This document shows positions 1-9,015 of a DNA stretch of 64,000 nucleotides, piece after piece. The translations under genes were made by a program, and so were the position numbers. Below the pieces are notes generated by a model. The model had not been told where the DNA came from. It saw only the letters and a list, made by a program, of their open reading frames with translations, and did not search any database. The DNA lies in the NCBI GenBank assembly GCA_905372785.1, contig CAJPQG010000002.1:57166-121165 (forward strand), read 5' to 3'. Numbering within the stretch: position 1 is the stretch's first letter; each line of letters begins with the position of its first letter. The stretch comes from Candidatus Saccharimonadota bacterium. GTDB lineage: Bacteria; Patescibacteriota; Saccharimonadia; Saccharimonadales; Saccharimonadaceae.

Positions 1-1
1 C

Positions 2-373
2 ATCGTTGGTGATGATCAACACCCAACTGAAGGTATTATCGAGGATCCAACCCTCAACACCTCAGCTGCGTCTTCTCCCGCTCAAGTGCCGACATCACCG
101 CAAGATGCTCGACCAGTTGATACTAAAAAAACTGGCACCGAGGATCGAGCCTGTAACTGTGCACCACCTGTAGCAGCAGAACCATCTCCTGCCACTGTGC
201 AGACCCCTGTTGCTACTCCTACAGTTCCCATCACCCCAAACCCACATAAAGAAACGGTTACCACGGAGCCATCTCCTGCTTCACCTCGTGAAGTAGAGGC
301 TTCCGCTACAGCAGTTAATACTGCAACCGTTTCGCCTGGCGATGCAGAGACTACACCGCCAAATTCTGAATAG
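2..373 (+). CDS. 3' end of a Pro/Thr-rich (probably secreted or surface) protein; the 5' end lies outside the window
   Basis: The frame is open from the window edge to TAG at 371-373. The sequence is low-complexity P/T/A/V-rich. No domain is recognisable. Confidence 0.5.
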   Translation: MVGDDQHPTEGIIEDPTLNTSAASSPAQVPTSPQDARPVDTKKTGTEDRACNCAPPVAAEPSPATVQTPVATPTVPITPNPHKETVTTEPSPASPREVEASATAVNTATVSPGDAETTPPNSE

Positions 374-974
374 AGATTTTCTTACGTCATCCAGACGTGA
401 GTTGTCTTACCTAAAGTGCTGCCACCCACCACAACCAGTGGTGCTGTCGCCGTACTTTTAGTGGTTTTACCACTACCTATTGCAGCTGCAAGTGAGTAGG
501 AATTCTAGATACCCTACTGCGTTGGAATCCATAGTTATTGATAAGCCTGATATCACTTATCAGTACTATAGATTTCGGCTCTACACCTCTGGTCTCCACG
601 TGTACGAAGCCCCGCTCCGGGTCATGACCGGAAAACACACTTGCAGATTCTGCAAGCTATATGTCAGCTCTCTTGCGAGTGTTGATGCATTATTTCGAGT
701 GTAGCGCTCTATACGCTACACTCACTTTCCTTGATAATTATTAGTTATGTGATGATATGCTAATCAATCTGCCTTGTAATGGACGTTATTGGTGGGCGAA
801 TGATTTTGTATATTCTATATGTGAAACTTTCCCTGCCAGCCGTCATGCGGTAGCACGCAGCGCATGCAGCAGATATATTGACGCTTACTTGCAACTTGTG
901 CTATCTTTGACTAGTAATTAACACGTCGGGTTTAGCGCCCCCGCTAGGCCTTACAACAAGGGAGAAACACGTTA

Positions 975-2642
975 ATGAAAAAGTTTTTTGATGTGATTCG
1001 TCGCTCACCAAAGCGTACCGCTGCAGTAGCGGTTGTCGCTGCGGCTGTAGCAGTACCAATTGCAGCAAATGCATGGGGACCATCGGACCGTCCGACATTC
1101 ACGTACGATAAACCAGCGAGTTATGTAACATTTAACTCAATGACGAACACGCCAAACTACGGTGATGAGCGTAATTTCGTGCGCGTAAAAGAGAGCGGTG
1201 CGGCTAATAATACCTACACTGATAATTTTGATCTTGTCCCAGGCAAGAAGTACACCGTTATGATGTACTACCACAACAACGCGGCTAGTAACCTAAACGA
1301 CGATGCGCATGGCCGTAAGGGTATTGCACAAAACGCAACCGCTCGTTTTGCAATGCCAGCAGCTGTAAAGAAGGGCGAATCAGCTCGCCTAAACGGCTTT
1401 ATTAGCGCTAGCAACGCAAAACCACAAATGGTATGGGACGAAGCATATGGTAAGGCTAGCCACGGAGACGTTGCACTACGTTACGTACCAGGAACTGCCA
1501 AAATCTTTAGCAATGGTGCAATAAATGGGCAGGCTCTTTCAGACAACCTGTTCAAAAATGGTACACCACTTGGCTACGACAAGCTTGATGGTAACCTGCC
1601 TGGCTGTAATCAATACGCTGGCTACATTACTTTTGAATTTATTGTAGATCAGCCAAACTTTAACATCAATAAGACTGTTTCAAAAGCAGGTGAGAACAAG
1701 TTTGCTGAAGATATTGCAGTAAATCCAAACGATGAAGTTGAATACAAGATTGAGTACCGAAACACCGGTACCGTGCAGCAAAACAATGTTGTCCTAAGCG
1801 ATCAGCTACCAAAGGGCGTGCAGTACGTTGCAGGCAGCACTAAGCTTGCTTCATCAAAGACCGGTGGTAAGCTAACTGCCGTTAATGAAAACAGCCTAGT
1901 AAACGGCGGCCTTAACCTTGGCTCATTTGCACCAAACTCGAACGCATTTGTAACCTTCCGTGCTAAGGTTGTTGACAATAATGCACTAGACGCTTGTGGT
2001 GTCAACACACTAACTAATATTGCAAAAGTCAGCACCGACAACGGCCAAAAGCAAGATACTGCTGTAGTAACCGTAACCAAGAAGTGTGACCAACCAGCGC
2101 CAAAGAAGATTAACGTTTGTGACTTGACTACAAAGAAGATCGTTGAAATCAACGAAAAAGACTTTGACAGCAAGAAACACTCAAAGAACGAAAAAGACTG
2201 TGCACAACAGCCTGCTAAAAAGCAGATTGAGGTATGTGATCTAACCACCAAGAAGGTTGTCACTATCGACGAGAGCGCATTTGATAGTAAAAAGCACTCA
2301 AAGAATCTTGCAGATTGTAAGACAAACCCTACCGTACCACCAACACCTCCAGTAACCCCTCCTACTCCAGGACAACCAACTGAGAAGAAAGTACAGGTAT
2401 GTGATAAGACCACTGGTCAAATCGTATCACTCAACGAAAAAGATGTTGACAGCAGCAAGCACACAACAGATACTGCTGCCTGCAACCCAACTCCAACTAC
2501 TCCAGTAAACCCAGCACCACCAGCGCCAAAGAATCCTGACGCGCTACCACAAACAGGTGCAGTAGGCCTAGCTGGCGTTGGTATTGGCGCAAGTGCTCTT
2601 ACCGCAGCAGCATTGTACGCTGTAACACGTAAGAAGAACTAG
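975..2642 (+). CDS. Sortase-anchored (LPXTG) cell-surface protein with a DUF11-like repeat domain and three tandem 2-Cys repeats
   Basis: The N-terminal signal peptide reads MKKFF..RRSPKRTAAVAVVAAAVAVPIAANA. The C-terminal LPQTG motif (2544-2558) is followed by a hydrophobic stretch and an RKKN tail. A GGAG RBS lies at about 961. Confidence 0.85.
   Translation: MKKFFDVIRRSPKRTAAVAVVAAAVAVPIAANAWGPSDRPTFTYDKPASYVTFNSMTNTPNYGDERNFVRVKESGAANNTYTDNFDLVPGKKYTVMMYYHNNAASNLNDDAHGRKGIAQNATARFAMPAAVKKGESARLNGFISASNAKPQMVWDEAYGKASHGDVALRYVPGTAKIFSNGAINGQALSDNLFKNGTPLGYDKLDGNLPGCNQYAGYITFEFIVDQPNFNINKTVSKAGENKFAEDIAVNPNDEVEYKIEYRNTGTVQQNNVVLSDQLPKGVQYVAGSTKLASSKTGGKLTAVNENSLVNGGLNLGSFAPNSNAFVTFRAKVVDNNALDACGVNTLTNIAKVSTDNGQKQDTAVVTVTKKCDQPAPKKINVCDLTTKKIVEINEKDFDSKKHSKNEKDCAQQPAKKQIEVCDLTTKKVVTIDESAFDSKKHSKNLADCKTNPTVPPTPPVTPPTPGQPTEKKVQVCDKTTGQIVSLNEKDVDSSKHTTDTAACNPTPTTPVNPAPPAPKNPDALPQTGAVGLAGVGIGASALTAAALYAVTRKKN
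2103..2485 (+). repeat. Three tandem ~38-aa coding repeats (K-K-x-x-V-C-D-x-T-T-x-x-I-V-x-(I/L)-(N/D)-E-x-x-(F/V)-D-S-x-K-H-(S/T)-...-C) separated by Pro-rich linkers
   Basis: The repeats are KKINVCDLTTKKIVEINEKDFDSKKHSKNEKDC, KKQIEVCDLTTKKVVTIDESAFDSKKHSKNLADC and KKVQVCDKTTGQIVSLNEKDVDSSKHTTDTAAC. Confidence 0.8.
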
Positions 2643-2666
2643 TCACACTAGAACGCTAATATAAAA

Positions 2667-2692
2667 CTGCCCTCTTCATGAGGGTAGTTTTT
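2667..2692 (+). terminator. Rho-independent terminator after the LPXTG gene
   Basis: The hairpin is ctgccctc/ttcat/gagggtag, followed by TTTTT. Confidence 0.6.
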
Positions 2693-2728
2693 ATGTTTTG
2701 CATAGGCCGCCCTAACCTACACATACAC

Positions 2729-2757
2729 AAAAACCCGAACGCTATTTGTCGTTCGGG
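2729..2757 (-). terminator. Rho-independent terminator after folD
   Basis: The hairpin is cccgaacg/..../cgttcggg, with an A-run on the + strand that reads as a U-run on the - strand. Confidence 0.55.
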
Positions 2758-2777
2758 TCTGCCATATGCACCTAATA

Positions 2778-3593
2778 TTACTGCGCTAGACCATCATCTT
2801 TCTGTAATCTTGCTGCATGCAATACATTTTCGAATAGTGAGGCGACCGTGAGTGGCCCCACTCCACCCTTCACCGGAGTAATTGCCACATCGTCGCGCTG
2901 CCTCACGCTATCTGCTACATCGCCCACGATACGGCCGTCCTCGGTGGCCGTACCTGCGTCAATAACGACCGCACGCTGGTTTACTAACTCATTCGTTATA
3001 AGCCCGGGTACGCCAGTGGCGGTAATAATAATATCATGCTCTGCTACTGAACTCAGACTATCGCCTTCTTCATAGGTCGTGATATCATAGCCATGCCCTC
3101 TGTACAATGCAGCTAATGGAGCCCCTACCAGACGTCCCTGGCCAATAATAGCAATCTTTTTGCCTGTCAGCGTCACGTTGTATCCCGTTACTAGCCAGTC
3201 AATCGCCTGAGCCGTCGCTGCTATAAACACGCTATCCGCACGCAGACCATCAACATCTTTTTTCGGAGGTATCGCCGCTACTAACTCATCAATATCTACA
3301 GACTCAAACGGCAACTGCACAATAATTCCATGCACCTCGCTGTCCTTAGCTAACTTCTGAAGCTCATCTATCACGGTGCCCTGCGTAGCAACAACTTCAC
3401 GAACGTCCACCGCGATATCATCGCCATAGCGCTGCTTTACCCTTAGGTAGCTTGTATTTACCGGGGACTTACCATCATGTACGATAGCAAGCGTCGGTAT
3501 AATCGCATGCTGCTGCCGCAAGTTTCGTGCCTGGCGTAGCTGGCGAACTTTAATAAAATCTACTAATTCCTGTCCGTTAAGTACTCTTGTCAT
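2778..3593 (-). CDS. folD: Bifunctional methylenetetrahydrofolate dehydrogenase/cyclohydrolase FolD
   Basis: The ORF matches FolD along its full length, with motifs VHGIIVQLP, VDGL, GKKIAIIGQGRLVGAPLA, ITPVKGGVGPLTVA. I chose the internal ATG (MTRVLNGQ) because the longer ORF start at 3623 would leave only 22 nt to the divergent gene. Confidence 0.9.
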   Translation of the reverse strand: MTRVLNGQELVDFIKVRQLRQARNLRQQHAIIPTLAIVHDGKSPVNTSYLRVKQRYGDDIAVDVREVVATQGTVIDELQKLAKDSEVHGIIVQLPFESVDIDELVAAIPPKKDVDGLRADSVFIAATAQAIDWLVTGYNVTLTGKKIAIIGQGRLVGAPLAALYRGHGYDITTYEEGDSLSSVAEHDIIITATGVPGLITNELVNQRAVVIDAGTATEDGRIVGDVADSVRQRDDVAITPVKGGVGPLTVASLFENVLHAARLQKDDGLAQ

Positions 3594-3645
3594 ATATATT
3601 TCAGTATAATATACTTTCACCATAAAGTAACGAAAGGACTTTTAT

Positions 3646-4275
3646 ATGTATCATAGTTCGTATTCGATGGGAGCGGCTGAAGGTGCAGCTGTTGTTGCTG
3701 TATTCTTAGTCTTCATGGGCCTCGTATTACTTGGCTCTATTGCTATGTATGTTATTACCGCATTCCTCTTATCACGTATCTTCAAAAAAGCCGGAGTAGC
3801 CAGCTGGAAAGCGTGGATTCCTATCTACAATACCTGGCGACTACTTGAATTTGGTGGCCAATACGGCTGGTGGGCACTGCTGCCTCTGGTAGCTAGTATC
3901 TTTGCTGGTATCATTTCACTCCCCGCATCAGATTCTTCATTCGGTATTTCAGCTGCCGAAATCTTTGGCGATCTTATCCTACTGGGCGGAGCGCTTACCT
4001 ATTACGTCTTCTGGGCACTAGCCGCATACGCTATTGGCCTTAAACTACAAAAAGAAGGTGTTTTTGTGCTATGGGCTATCTTCCTACCGATCGTCTGGAT
4101 GATTTGGCTTGCCTTCGACAAAAGCACTTGGAATGAATCAGCTGGTGCTGCTCGACTCGACACACCAGACTTCGACCCAGCTGAGGTTAGCGATGAAACC
4201 ACTGTAGTTGAGGAGACTATCGAAACGATCATCGGTGATGAACCAGCAAAAGAGGCGAAGAAAGATAACAACTAG
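3646..4275 (+). CDS. Polytopic membrane protein, DUF5684-like
   Basis: There are several TM helices, and the motif IFKKAGVASWKAWIPIYNTWRLLEFGG is typical of that family as I recall it. The C-terminal tail is acidic. Confidence 0.55.
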   Translation: MYHSSYSMGAAEGAAVVAVFLVFMGLVLLGSIAMYVITAFLLSRIFKKAGVASWKAWIPIYNTWRLLEFGGQYGWWALLPLVASIFAGIISLPASDSSFGISAAEIFGDLILLGGALTYYVFWALAAYAIGLKLQKEGVFVLWAIFLPIVWMIWLAFDKSTWNESAGAARLDTPDFDPAEVSDETTVVEETIETIIGDEPAKEAKKDNN

Positions 4276-4361
4276 CCTTTAAGTTATTTTGCAGCGAATA
4301 CCCTTTACAAGCCGCTAGCTATTTGGTAGAATACAGAAAGTTAGCGGCGCAAGCTGCAGAT

Positions 4362-4438
4362 GGGCCAGTAGCTCAGCTGGTTAGAGCACCTGCCTCTTAA
4401 GCAGGGTGTCGAGGGTTCGAGCCCCTCCTGGCCCTCCA
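4362..4438 (+). tRNA. tRNA-Lys (anticodon CTT), CCA encoded
   Basis: The cloverleaf is readable: acceptor gggccag/ctggccc, anticodon stem cctgc/gcagg with loop CTCTTAA, T-arm GGTTCGAGCC. Confidence 0.9.
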
Positions 4439-4573
4439 GATAATAAATTTACACTAAACTACTCCTCATTTCACCAGAGGAGTTTTTTAGCACCCGAAAT
4501 ATAACAATGGCTTCTTTTTATAAACAACATAAAACCCCAAACGAACTATGTTTGGGGCTATGCATTCTATTCT

Positions 4574-4650
4574 TGGTACACCCGGTACGATTCGAACGTA
4601 CGACACCTGGTTCCGAAGACCAGTGCTCTAATCCACTGAGCTACGGGTGC
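4574..4650 (-). tRNA. tRNA-Arg (anticodon TCG), CCA encoded
   Basis: The reverse complement reads gcacccgtagctcagtggattagagc..ctggtCTTCGGAaccag..GTTCGAATC..cgggtgtACCA. Confidence 0.85.
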
Positions 4651-4731
4651 TCACATTCAGTATTGTACCACGCAGTGAATCACCCTGCAATACTCTACCG
4701 CGATAAATAAAACCGGTGCTATACTAATAGT

Positions 4732-5763
4732 ATGAAGATTCAAGAAGCAGTTAGCCTACAAACACTTACTACTATGCGGCTTGGCGGAGCAGCCCACTTA
4801 ACGGCTGATATTACCACCAAAGAAGACATTCCCCGTTTTTATGAATTTGCCAAGCAACATTCCTTGCCTACTTACATACTCGGTGGTGGCAGCAATGTAC
4901 TCGCGCACGATGAAGGGTTTAATGGTATCGTTGGCAAAATGATGATCACCAGAGTAGAGCTGCTAGAAGAAACTGATTCATTTTTCAGCCTTAGAGTTGG
5001 CGGCGGCGAAGTGTGGGATGAGCTCTGTGCATTTACAACTGCTAAAGGCAGCAGCTCGATTGCGGCAATGTCAGCTATCCCAGGAACTGTTGGTGCAGCG
5101 CCAGTACAAAATATTGGTGCCTACGGCCAAGAAGCAGCCGATGTTATCACCAAAGTGCACGCCTATGATAGCCAACGTGGTGAATTTGTCACACTATCTG
5201 CCCAGCAATGCGGCTTTTCGTATCGACACAGTATTTTTCGAGGTGAAGCAAGTGGCCGCTACTGCATTTATGCCGTCACCATGCAGTTCTCAAAACGACC
5301 GCCACAACCGCCCTACTACGCGGCACTTCAAACATACTTAGACGAGCACGCTATCGAGCAACCAACGCCACTGCAAATCCGCGAAGCCGTTACCGCTATT
5401 CGTGCCCAAAAACTGCCAGACCCAGCTCTGCAGCCCAATACTGGCTCGTTTTTCAAAAATGCTATTGTTGATACAGAAACATTTACCCGCCTTCAGCAAG
5501 ATATTGAATCAGTGCCACATTACCCTATGCCAGATGGCCGTATCAAAGTCCCAAGTGGATGGCTGATCCAGCAAACTGGCCTGAAAGGTGAACTACTGCA
5601 CGGCATGCGCGTTAATCCAGCGAATGCCTTGGTGCTTATTAACGAGTCAGCCAGCTCATATAGTGATCTAGCTGCAGCCCGTCAGTATATTATTGATGCG
5701 GTGCACAAGAAATTTGGTATCACAATCGAACAAGAGCCGCTAGAGATTGGTCCGGCCGCTTAA
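4732..5763 (+). CDS. murB: UDP-N-acetylenolpyruvoylglucosamine reductase MurB
   Basis: Motifs present are TTMRLGGAA, ILGGGSNVL, AIPGTVGAAPVQNIGAYGQE, CGFSYRHSIF, GSFFKN and SGWLIQQTGLKG. Confidence 0.9.
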   Translation: MKIQEAVSLQTLTTMRLGGAAHLTADITTKEDIPRFYEFAKQHSLPTYILGGGSNVLAHDEGFNGIVGKMMITRVELLEETDSFFSLRVGGGEVWDELCAFTTAKGSSSIAAMSAIPGTVGAAPVQNIGAYGQEAADVITKVHAYDSQRGEFVTLSAQQCGFSYRHSIFRGEASGRYCIYAVTMQFSKRPPQPPYYAALQTYLDEHAIEQPTPLQIREAVTAIRAQKLPDPALQPNTGSFFKNAIVDTETFTRLQQDIESVPHYPMPDGRIKVPSGWLIQQTGLKGELLHGMRVNPANALVLINESASSYSDLAAARQYIIDAVHKKFGITIEQEPLEIGPAA

Positions 5764-5780
5764 TCAACGAAGGCGCTAAC

Positions 5781-5817
5781 AAAAATACCACGCTGCACAT
5801 GCCAGCGTGGCATTTTT
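5781..5817. terminator. Bidirectional hairpin terminator between the convergent murB and glyA genes
   Basis: The sequence is AAAAA-taccacgctg-loop-cagcgtggca-TTTTT. Confidence 0.55.
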
Positions 5818-5833
5818 AAGCTACAACTTCCTA

Positions 5834-7105
5834 CTAAGCGATCGCCTTTAGCTGACGCGCAACTGCCTGCACTTCTTGTGCAAGCTGCCGTTGGGCTTCC
5901 GTATCGTCGCGCACGGTAATTGCAGTATCGATCCAACCAGCTACCATAGCCATATCCTTTGGCTGCATTCCCCGCGTGGTAATCGCTGGCGTCCCCAGGC
6001 GAATGCCACTTGGCGCAAACTGTGGCCTTGGATCGTCCGGCACGCTGTTGGCGTTCACCGTCAGTCCTATAGCGTCTAGCGCTCGTTCTGCAGTTTTACC
6101 ATCTACATCCCGTGAAGCTACCATATCAATAAGCAGCAAATGGTTGTCTGTACCGCCGCCTATAAGAGTAAACCCTCGCTGTAACAGCTCCTGCGCAAGC
6201 GCCTGAGCATTAGCCACCACCGCTCGAGCATAGTCAGTAAACTCAGGCTGCAGTGCCTCACCAAAAGCCACTGCTTTTGCAGCAATAGTATGCATATGTG
6301 GACCACCTTGCATACCAGGAAAAACAGCACGGTCGATTAAGGTTGGAATATGTTCCAGCGCAACCGGAGGCTTTACTAGAGGATTACCGACAATCCCCCT
6401 GCTGAGTATGAGACCCCCACGCGGCCCACGCAGCGTCTTATGCGTAGTCGAAGTCATTACATGAAACCCATACTTAAATGGGTTATCAGCTACGCCACCA
6501 GCAATCAGCCCCGCGATGTGCGCAATATCTGCCATCAATAGCGCCCCAACTTCCCGACCAATTTCTGCAAACCGAGCATAGTCTAGCTGGCGTGGATAGG
6601 CAGAAAAACCAGCTAAAATAATCTTCGGCTGCTCTGCGTGGGCAATGCGCCGCAGCTCATCATAGTCAATTTCTCCAGTCGTTGGATCTTTCATTTTATA
6701 CCGCACAAACCGGTACAGTTGCGCCGATCGTGTCACAGCTGCGCCATGAGTCAAATGACCGCCATGACTTAAATCCATTGCGAGCACTGTGTCGCCCGGC
6801 TTCAACCAAGCACTATACACCGCCTCATTAGCTGCCGCACCAGAGTGAGGTTGCACATTGGCGTGGTCAGCCCCGAACAGCTGCTTTGCACGCTCAATCG
6901 CCAGGCGCTCAATCGCATCAGTATTCTGCTGCCCACCATAATACCGCCGGCCCGGGTAGCCTTCAGCATATTTATTTGTGAGCACACTCCCCAGCGCAGT
7001 CAGCACATCTTTACTCACATAGTTCTCGCTTGGAATTAGCTCTAACCCCTCTGTTTGCCGCAAAACTTCATTATTCAATATTTCTGCAACTTTTTCATCT
7101 TTCAT
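5834..7105 (-). CDS. glyA: Serine hydroxymethyltransferase GlyA
   Basis: Motifs present are LELIPSENYVS, NKYAEGYPGRRYYGG, VQPHSGAAAN and TSTTHKTLRGPRGG. Confidence 0.95.
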   Translation of the reverse strand: MKDEKVAEILNNEVLRQTEGLELIPSENYVSKDVLTALGSVLTNKYAEGYPGRRYYGGQQNTDAIERLAIERAKQLFGADHANVQPHSGAAANEAVYSAWLKPGDTVLAMDLSHGGHLTHGAAVTRSAQLYRFVRYKMKDPTTGEIDYDELRRIAHAEQPKIILAGFSAYPRQLDYARFAEIGREVGALLMADIAHIAGLIAGGVADNPFKYGFHVMTSTTHKTLRGPRGGLILSRGIVGNPLVKPPVALEHIPTLIDRAVFPGMQGGPHMHTIAAKAVAFGEALQPEFTDYARAVVANAQALAQELLQRGFTLIGGGTDNHLLLIDMVASRDVDGKTAERALDAIGLTVNANSVPDDPRPQFAPSGIRLGTPAITTRGMQPKDMAMVAGWIDTAITVRDDTEAQRQLAQEVQAVARQLKAIA

Positions 7106-7166
7106 ACCTTTTAATGTAGCATTTTTTACCTTTTTTGCACATACTACGCATTGCTTATCTTGATTT

Positions 7167-7184
7167 TATATCATACATGATATA
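7167..7184. promoter_or_regulatory. Perfect 8-2-8 palindrome TATATCAT-AC-ATGATATA, 12 nt upstream of the HTH-murA start; candidate operator
   Basis: The palindrome is read directly from the sequence. Its function is inferred only from its position in front of a gene that begins with an XRE-type HTH domain. Confidence 0.3.
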
Positions 7185-7195
7185 TTATATCTGGT

Positions 7196-8719
7196 ATGGA
7201 TACGAATAATTATCTCCGCAAAATCGGTAAAACTATTCAAGATAACCGCCAGGCCAAAGGCCTGACACAAGCGCAACTTGCAGAAAAATTGTGCACGAGC
7301 CAAAGCGCAATCAACCGCATCGAGAATGGTGGCCAAAACCTAAGCATCGAAATGGTAGCGCGCATTAGTGAAGTACTTTCTCGTGATATTGTGCGGCTAA
7401 ATAAGTCTGGTAAGATTAACTTTAAAGTTGAAGGTGGCCACGAGCTATCTGGTGAGATTGAGGTTAAAACAAGCAAGAATGCTGCAGTGGGGCTGCTTTG
7501 CGCAGCGCTGCTCAATAAGGGTCGCACCTTGCTCCGCCGCGTTGCTCGCATCGAAGAAGTAAATCGTATTATTGAAGTGCTTAATAGCATCGGTGTACGA
7601 ACCGTCTGGCACGAAGGCAACGACCTGGAAATCATCCCACCAAAAACGCTAGCACTCGACAAGATGGACGTTGCCGCTGCAAAGCGAACACGCACCGTTA
7701 TCATGTTCCTTGGGCCACTACTGCACCAGTACCCAGCCTTTACGCTGCCTTTTGCTGGCGGCTGCAACCTTGGTAAGCGCACCGTTGAACCACACCTCAC
7801 CGGGCTATCACCGTTTGGCATGAAGGTAGAAGCCCTTAGTGATCATTACGATGTAAAAACCACACCTCAGCGTGTTGATCGAGCAATTCTGCTGACTGAG
7901 CGTGGAGACACCGTTACTGAAAATGTCATTATGGCGGCGGCTGGCTACGATGGTACTACTATCATCCGCAATGCCAGCCCGAACTACATGGTACAGGATG
8001 TTTGTTTCTTCCTGGAAAAATTGGGCGTTAAAATCGAAGGAATTGGCACCACAACGCTAACTATTACTGGTAAGCCTCATATCGATGTAGACGTTGAATA
8101 CGCACCAAGCGAAGACCCAATTGAAGCAATGAGCTTTATTGCTGCGGGAGTCGTGACCAACTCAGAAATTACCATCCACCGAGTGCCAATTGAGTTCACC
8201 GAAATTGAGCTGTCTATTCTAGAAAATATGGGGCTACGCTACACACAAAGCCCTGAGTACAAGGCTCGCAATGGGCGAACTCGCCTGGTAGATATTACGC
8301 TACACAAGTCAAAGCTGGTAGCGCCAAAAGACAAGCTACACAGCATGCCATTCCCTGGCGTTAATATGGATAATCTTCCATTCCTTGGCTTGATTGCAAC
8401 TGCGGCCGAAGGACGAACACTCCTGCACGACTGGAGTTACGAAAACCGTGCAATCTACTTCACCGAGCTCACTAAACTAAATGCGAATATTGAACTTGTT
8501 GACCCGCACCGCGTGTACATCTCAGGTCCTACCAACTGGAAACCAGCAGACGTGGTTGCGCCTCCAGCACTCCGCCCAAGTGTTGTCATCTTACTAGCTA
8601 TGTTGGCAGCTCCTGGTGAGTCTATTCTACGAGATGTCTACTCGATTAACCGTGGCTACGAAGAATTGGCTGCACGCCTTAATACAATTGGTGCACACAT
8701 CACGACACTGGTTAACTAG
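7196..8719 (+). CDS. murA: Fusion protein: N-terminal XRE-family helix-turn-helix domain plus UDP-N-acetylglucosamine 1-carboxyvinyltransferase (MurA)
   Basis: Residues ~5-66 (GLTQAQLAEKLCTSQSAINRIENGGQNLSIEMVARI) form an HTH_3 motif. The rest aligns with MurA: KTSKNAA (Lys22 equivalent), the catalytic Cys in FAGGCNLGKRTVEPH, and C-terminal INRGYEELAARL. Confidence 0.85.
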   Translation: MDTNNYLRKIGKTIQDNRQAKGLTQAQLAEKLCTSQSAINRIENGGQNLSIEMVARISEVLSRDIVRLNKSGKINFKVEGGHELSGEIEVKTSKNAAVGLLCAALLNKGRTLLRRVARIEEVNRIIEVLNSIGVRTVWHEGNDLEIIPPKTLALDKMDVAAAKRTRTVIMFLGPLLHQYPAFTLPFAGGCNLGKRTVEPHLTGLSPFGMKVEALSDHYDVKTTPQRVDRAILLTERGDTVTENVIMAAAGYDGTTIIRNASPNYMVQDVCFFLEKLGVKIEGIGTTTLTITGKPHIDVDVEYAPSEDPIEAMSFIAAGVVTNSEITIHRVPIEFTEIELSILENMGLRYTQSPEYKARNGRTRLVDITLHKSKLVAPKDKLHSMPFPGVNMDNLPFLGLIATAAEGRTLLHDWSYENRAIYFTELTKLNANIELVDPHRVYISGPTNWKPADVVAPPALRPSVVILLAMLAAPGESILRDVYSINRGYEELAARLNTIGAHITTLVN

Positions 8720-8879
8720 GGCTAGGTAATACGTTACAAAAATAACCCGGAGATTCCGGGTTATTTTTATGTTTGATTGTACTAGGCTGCATAGCCTAGA
8801 TTATGCCAAGCATACAGAATTATCAACACCCCTTGCGCAAAAAGACAGTACATACTTGCAAGGGGTATCCACTTCAATT

Positions 8880-8957
8880 TGGGGCGAATAATGGGACTCG
8901 AACCCACGGCCTCCGGAGCCACAATCCAGCGCTCTAACCAACTGAGCTATATCCGCC
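8880..8957 (-). tRNA. tRNA-His (anticodon GTG) with encoded G-1 and CCA
   Basis: The reverse complement reads G-1 + gcggata..tagctcagttggttagagc..ctggaTTGTGGCtccgg..GGTTCGAGTCC..tattcgcCCCA. G-1 pairs with C73, which is typical of His. Confidence 0.9.
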
Positions 8958-9015
8958 ACGTGATTGTAATTTTAGCATAAGAGCTACCAAAACACAAGAA
9001 GAAAAGCCCACTGTA

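Noticed and set aside
371-400. I considered stop-codon reassignment (for example the code 25/4 used by some CPR lineages) to explain in-frame stops or short ORFs.
   Set aside because: TGA, TAA and TAG all terminate well-conserved proteins at the expected lengths. Examples are murT ending at TGA overlapping the gatD ATG, TGA before the Clp-like start, and TAG after the LepA N-half. The standard code 11 therefore applies.
480-704. Small ORFs lie in the spacers: 480..704 (+), 901..1098 (-), 4507..4710 (+), 8934..9242 (-), 17216..17401 (-) and 52106..52390 (-).
   Set aside because: Several overlap tRNA genes or terminator hairpins (4507..4710, 8934..9242, 17216..17401) or the signal-peptide region of a real gene. 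The rest have no RBS and an odd composition.
701-714. The 14-mer GTAGCGCTCTATAC is shared between the spacer at 701-714 and the left edge of the lepA insert at 51582-51595, and a related AGCGCTCTAT occurs at about 44770-44790. I considered whether this marks a repeat family or mobile-element end.
   Set aside because: One exact 14-mer match within 64 kb (both strands) is within chance expectation. The flanking bases do not extend the similarity, and no matching copy lies at the right edge of the insert.
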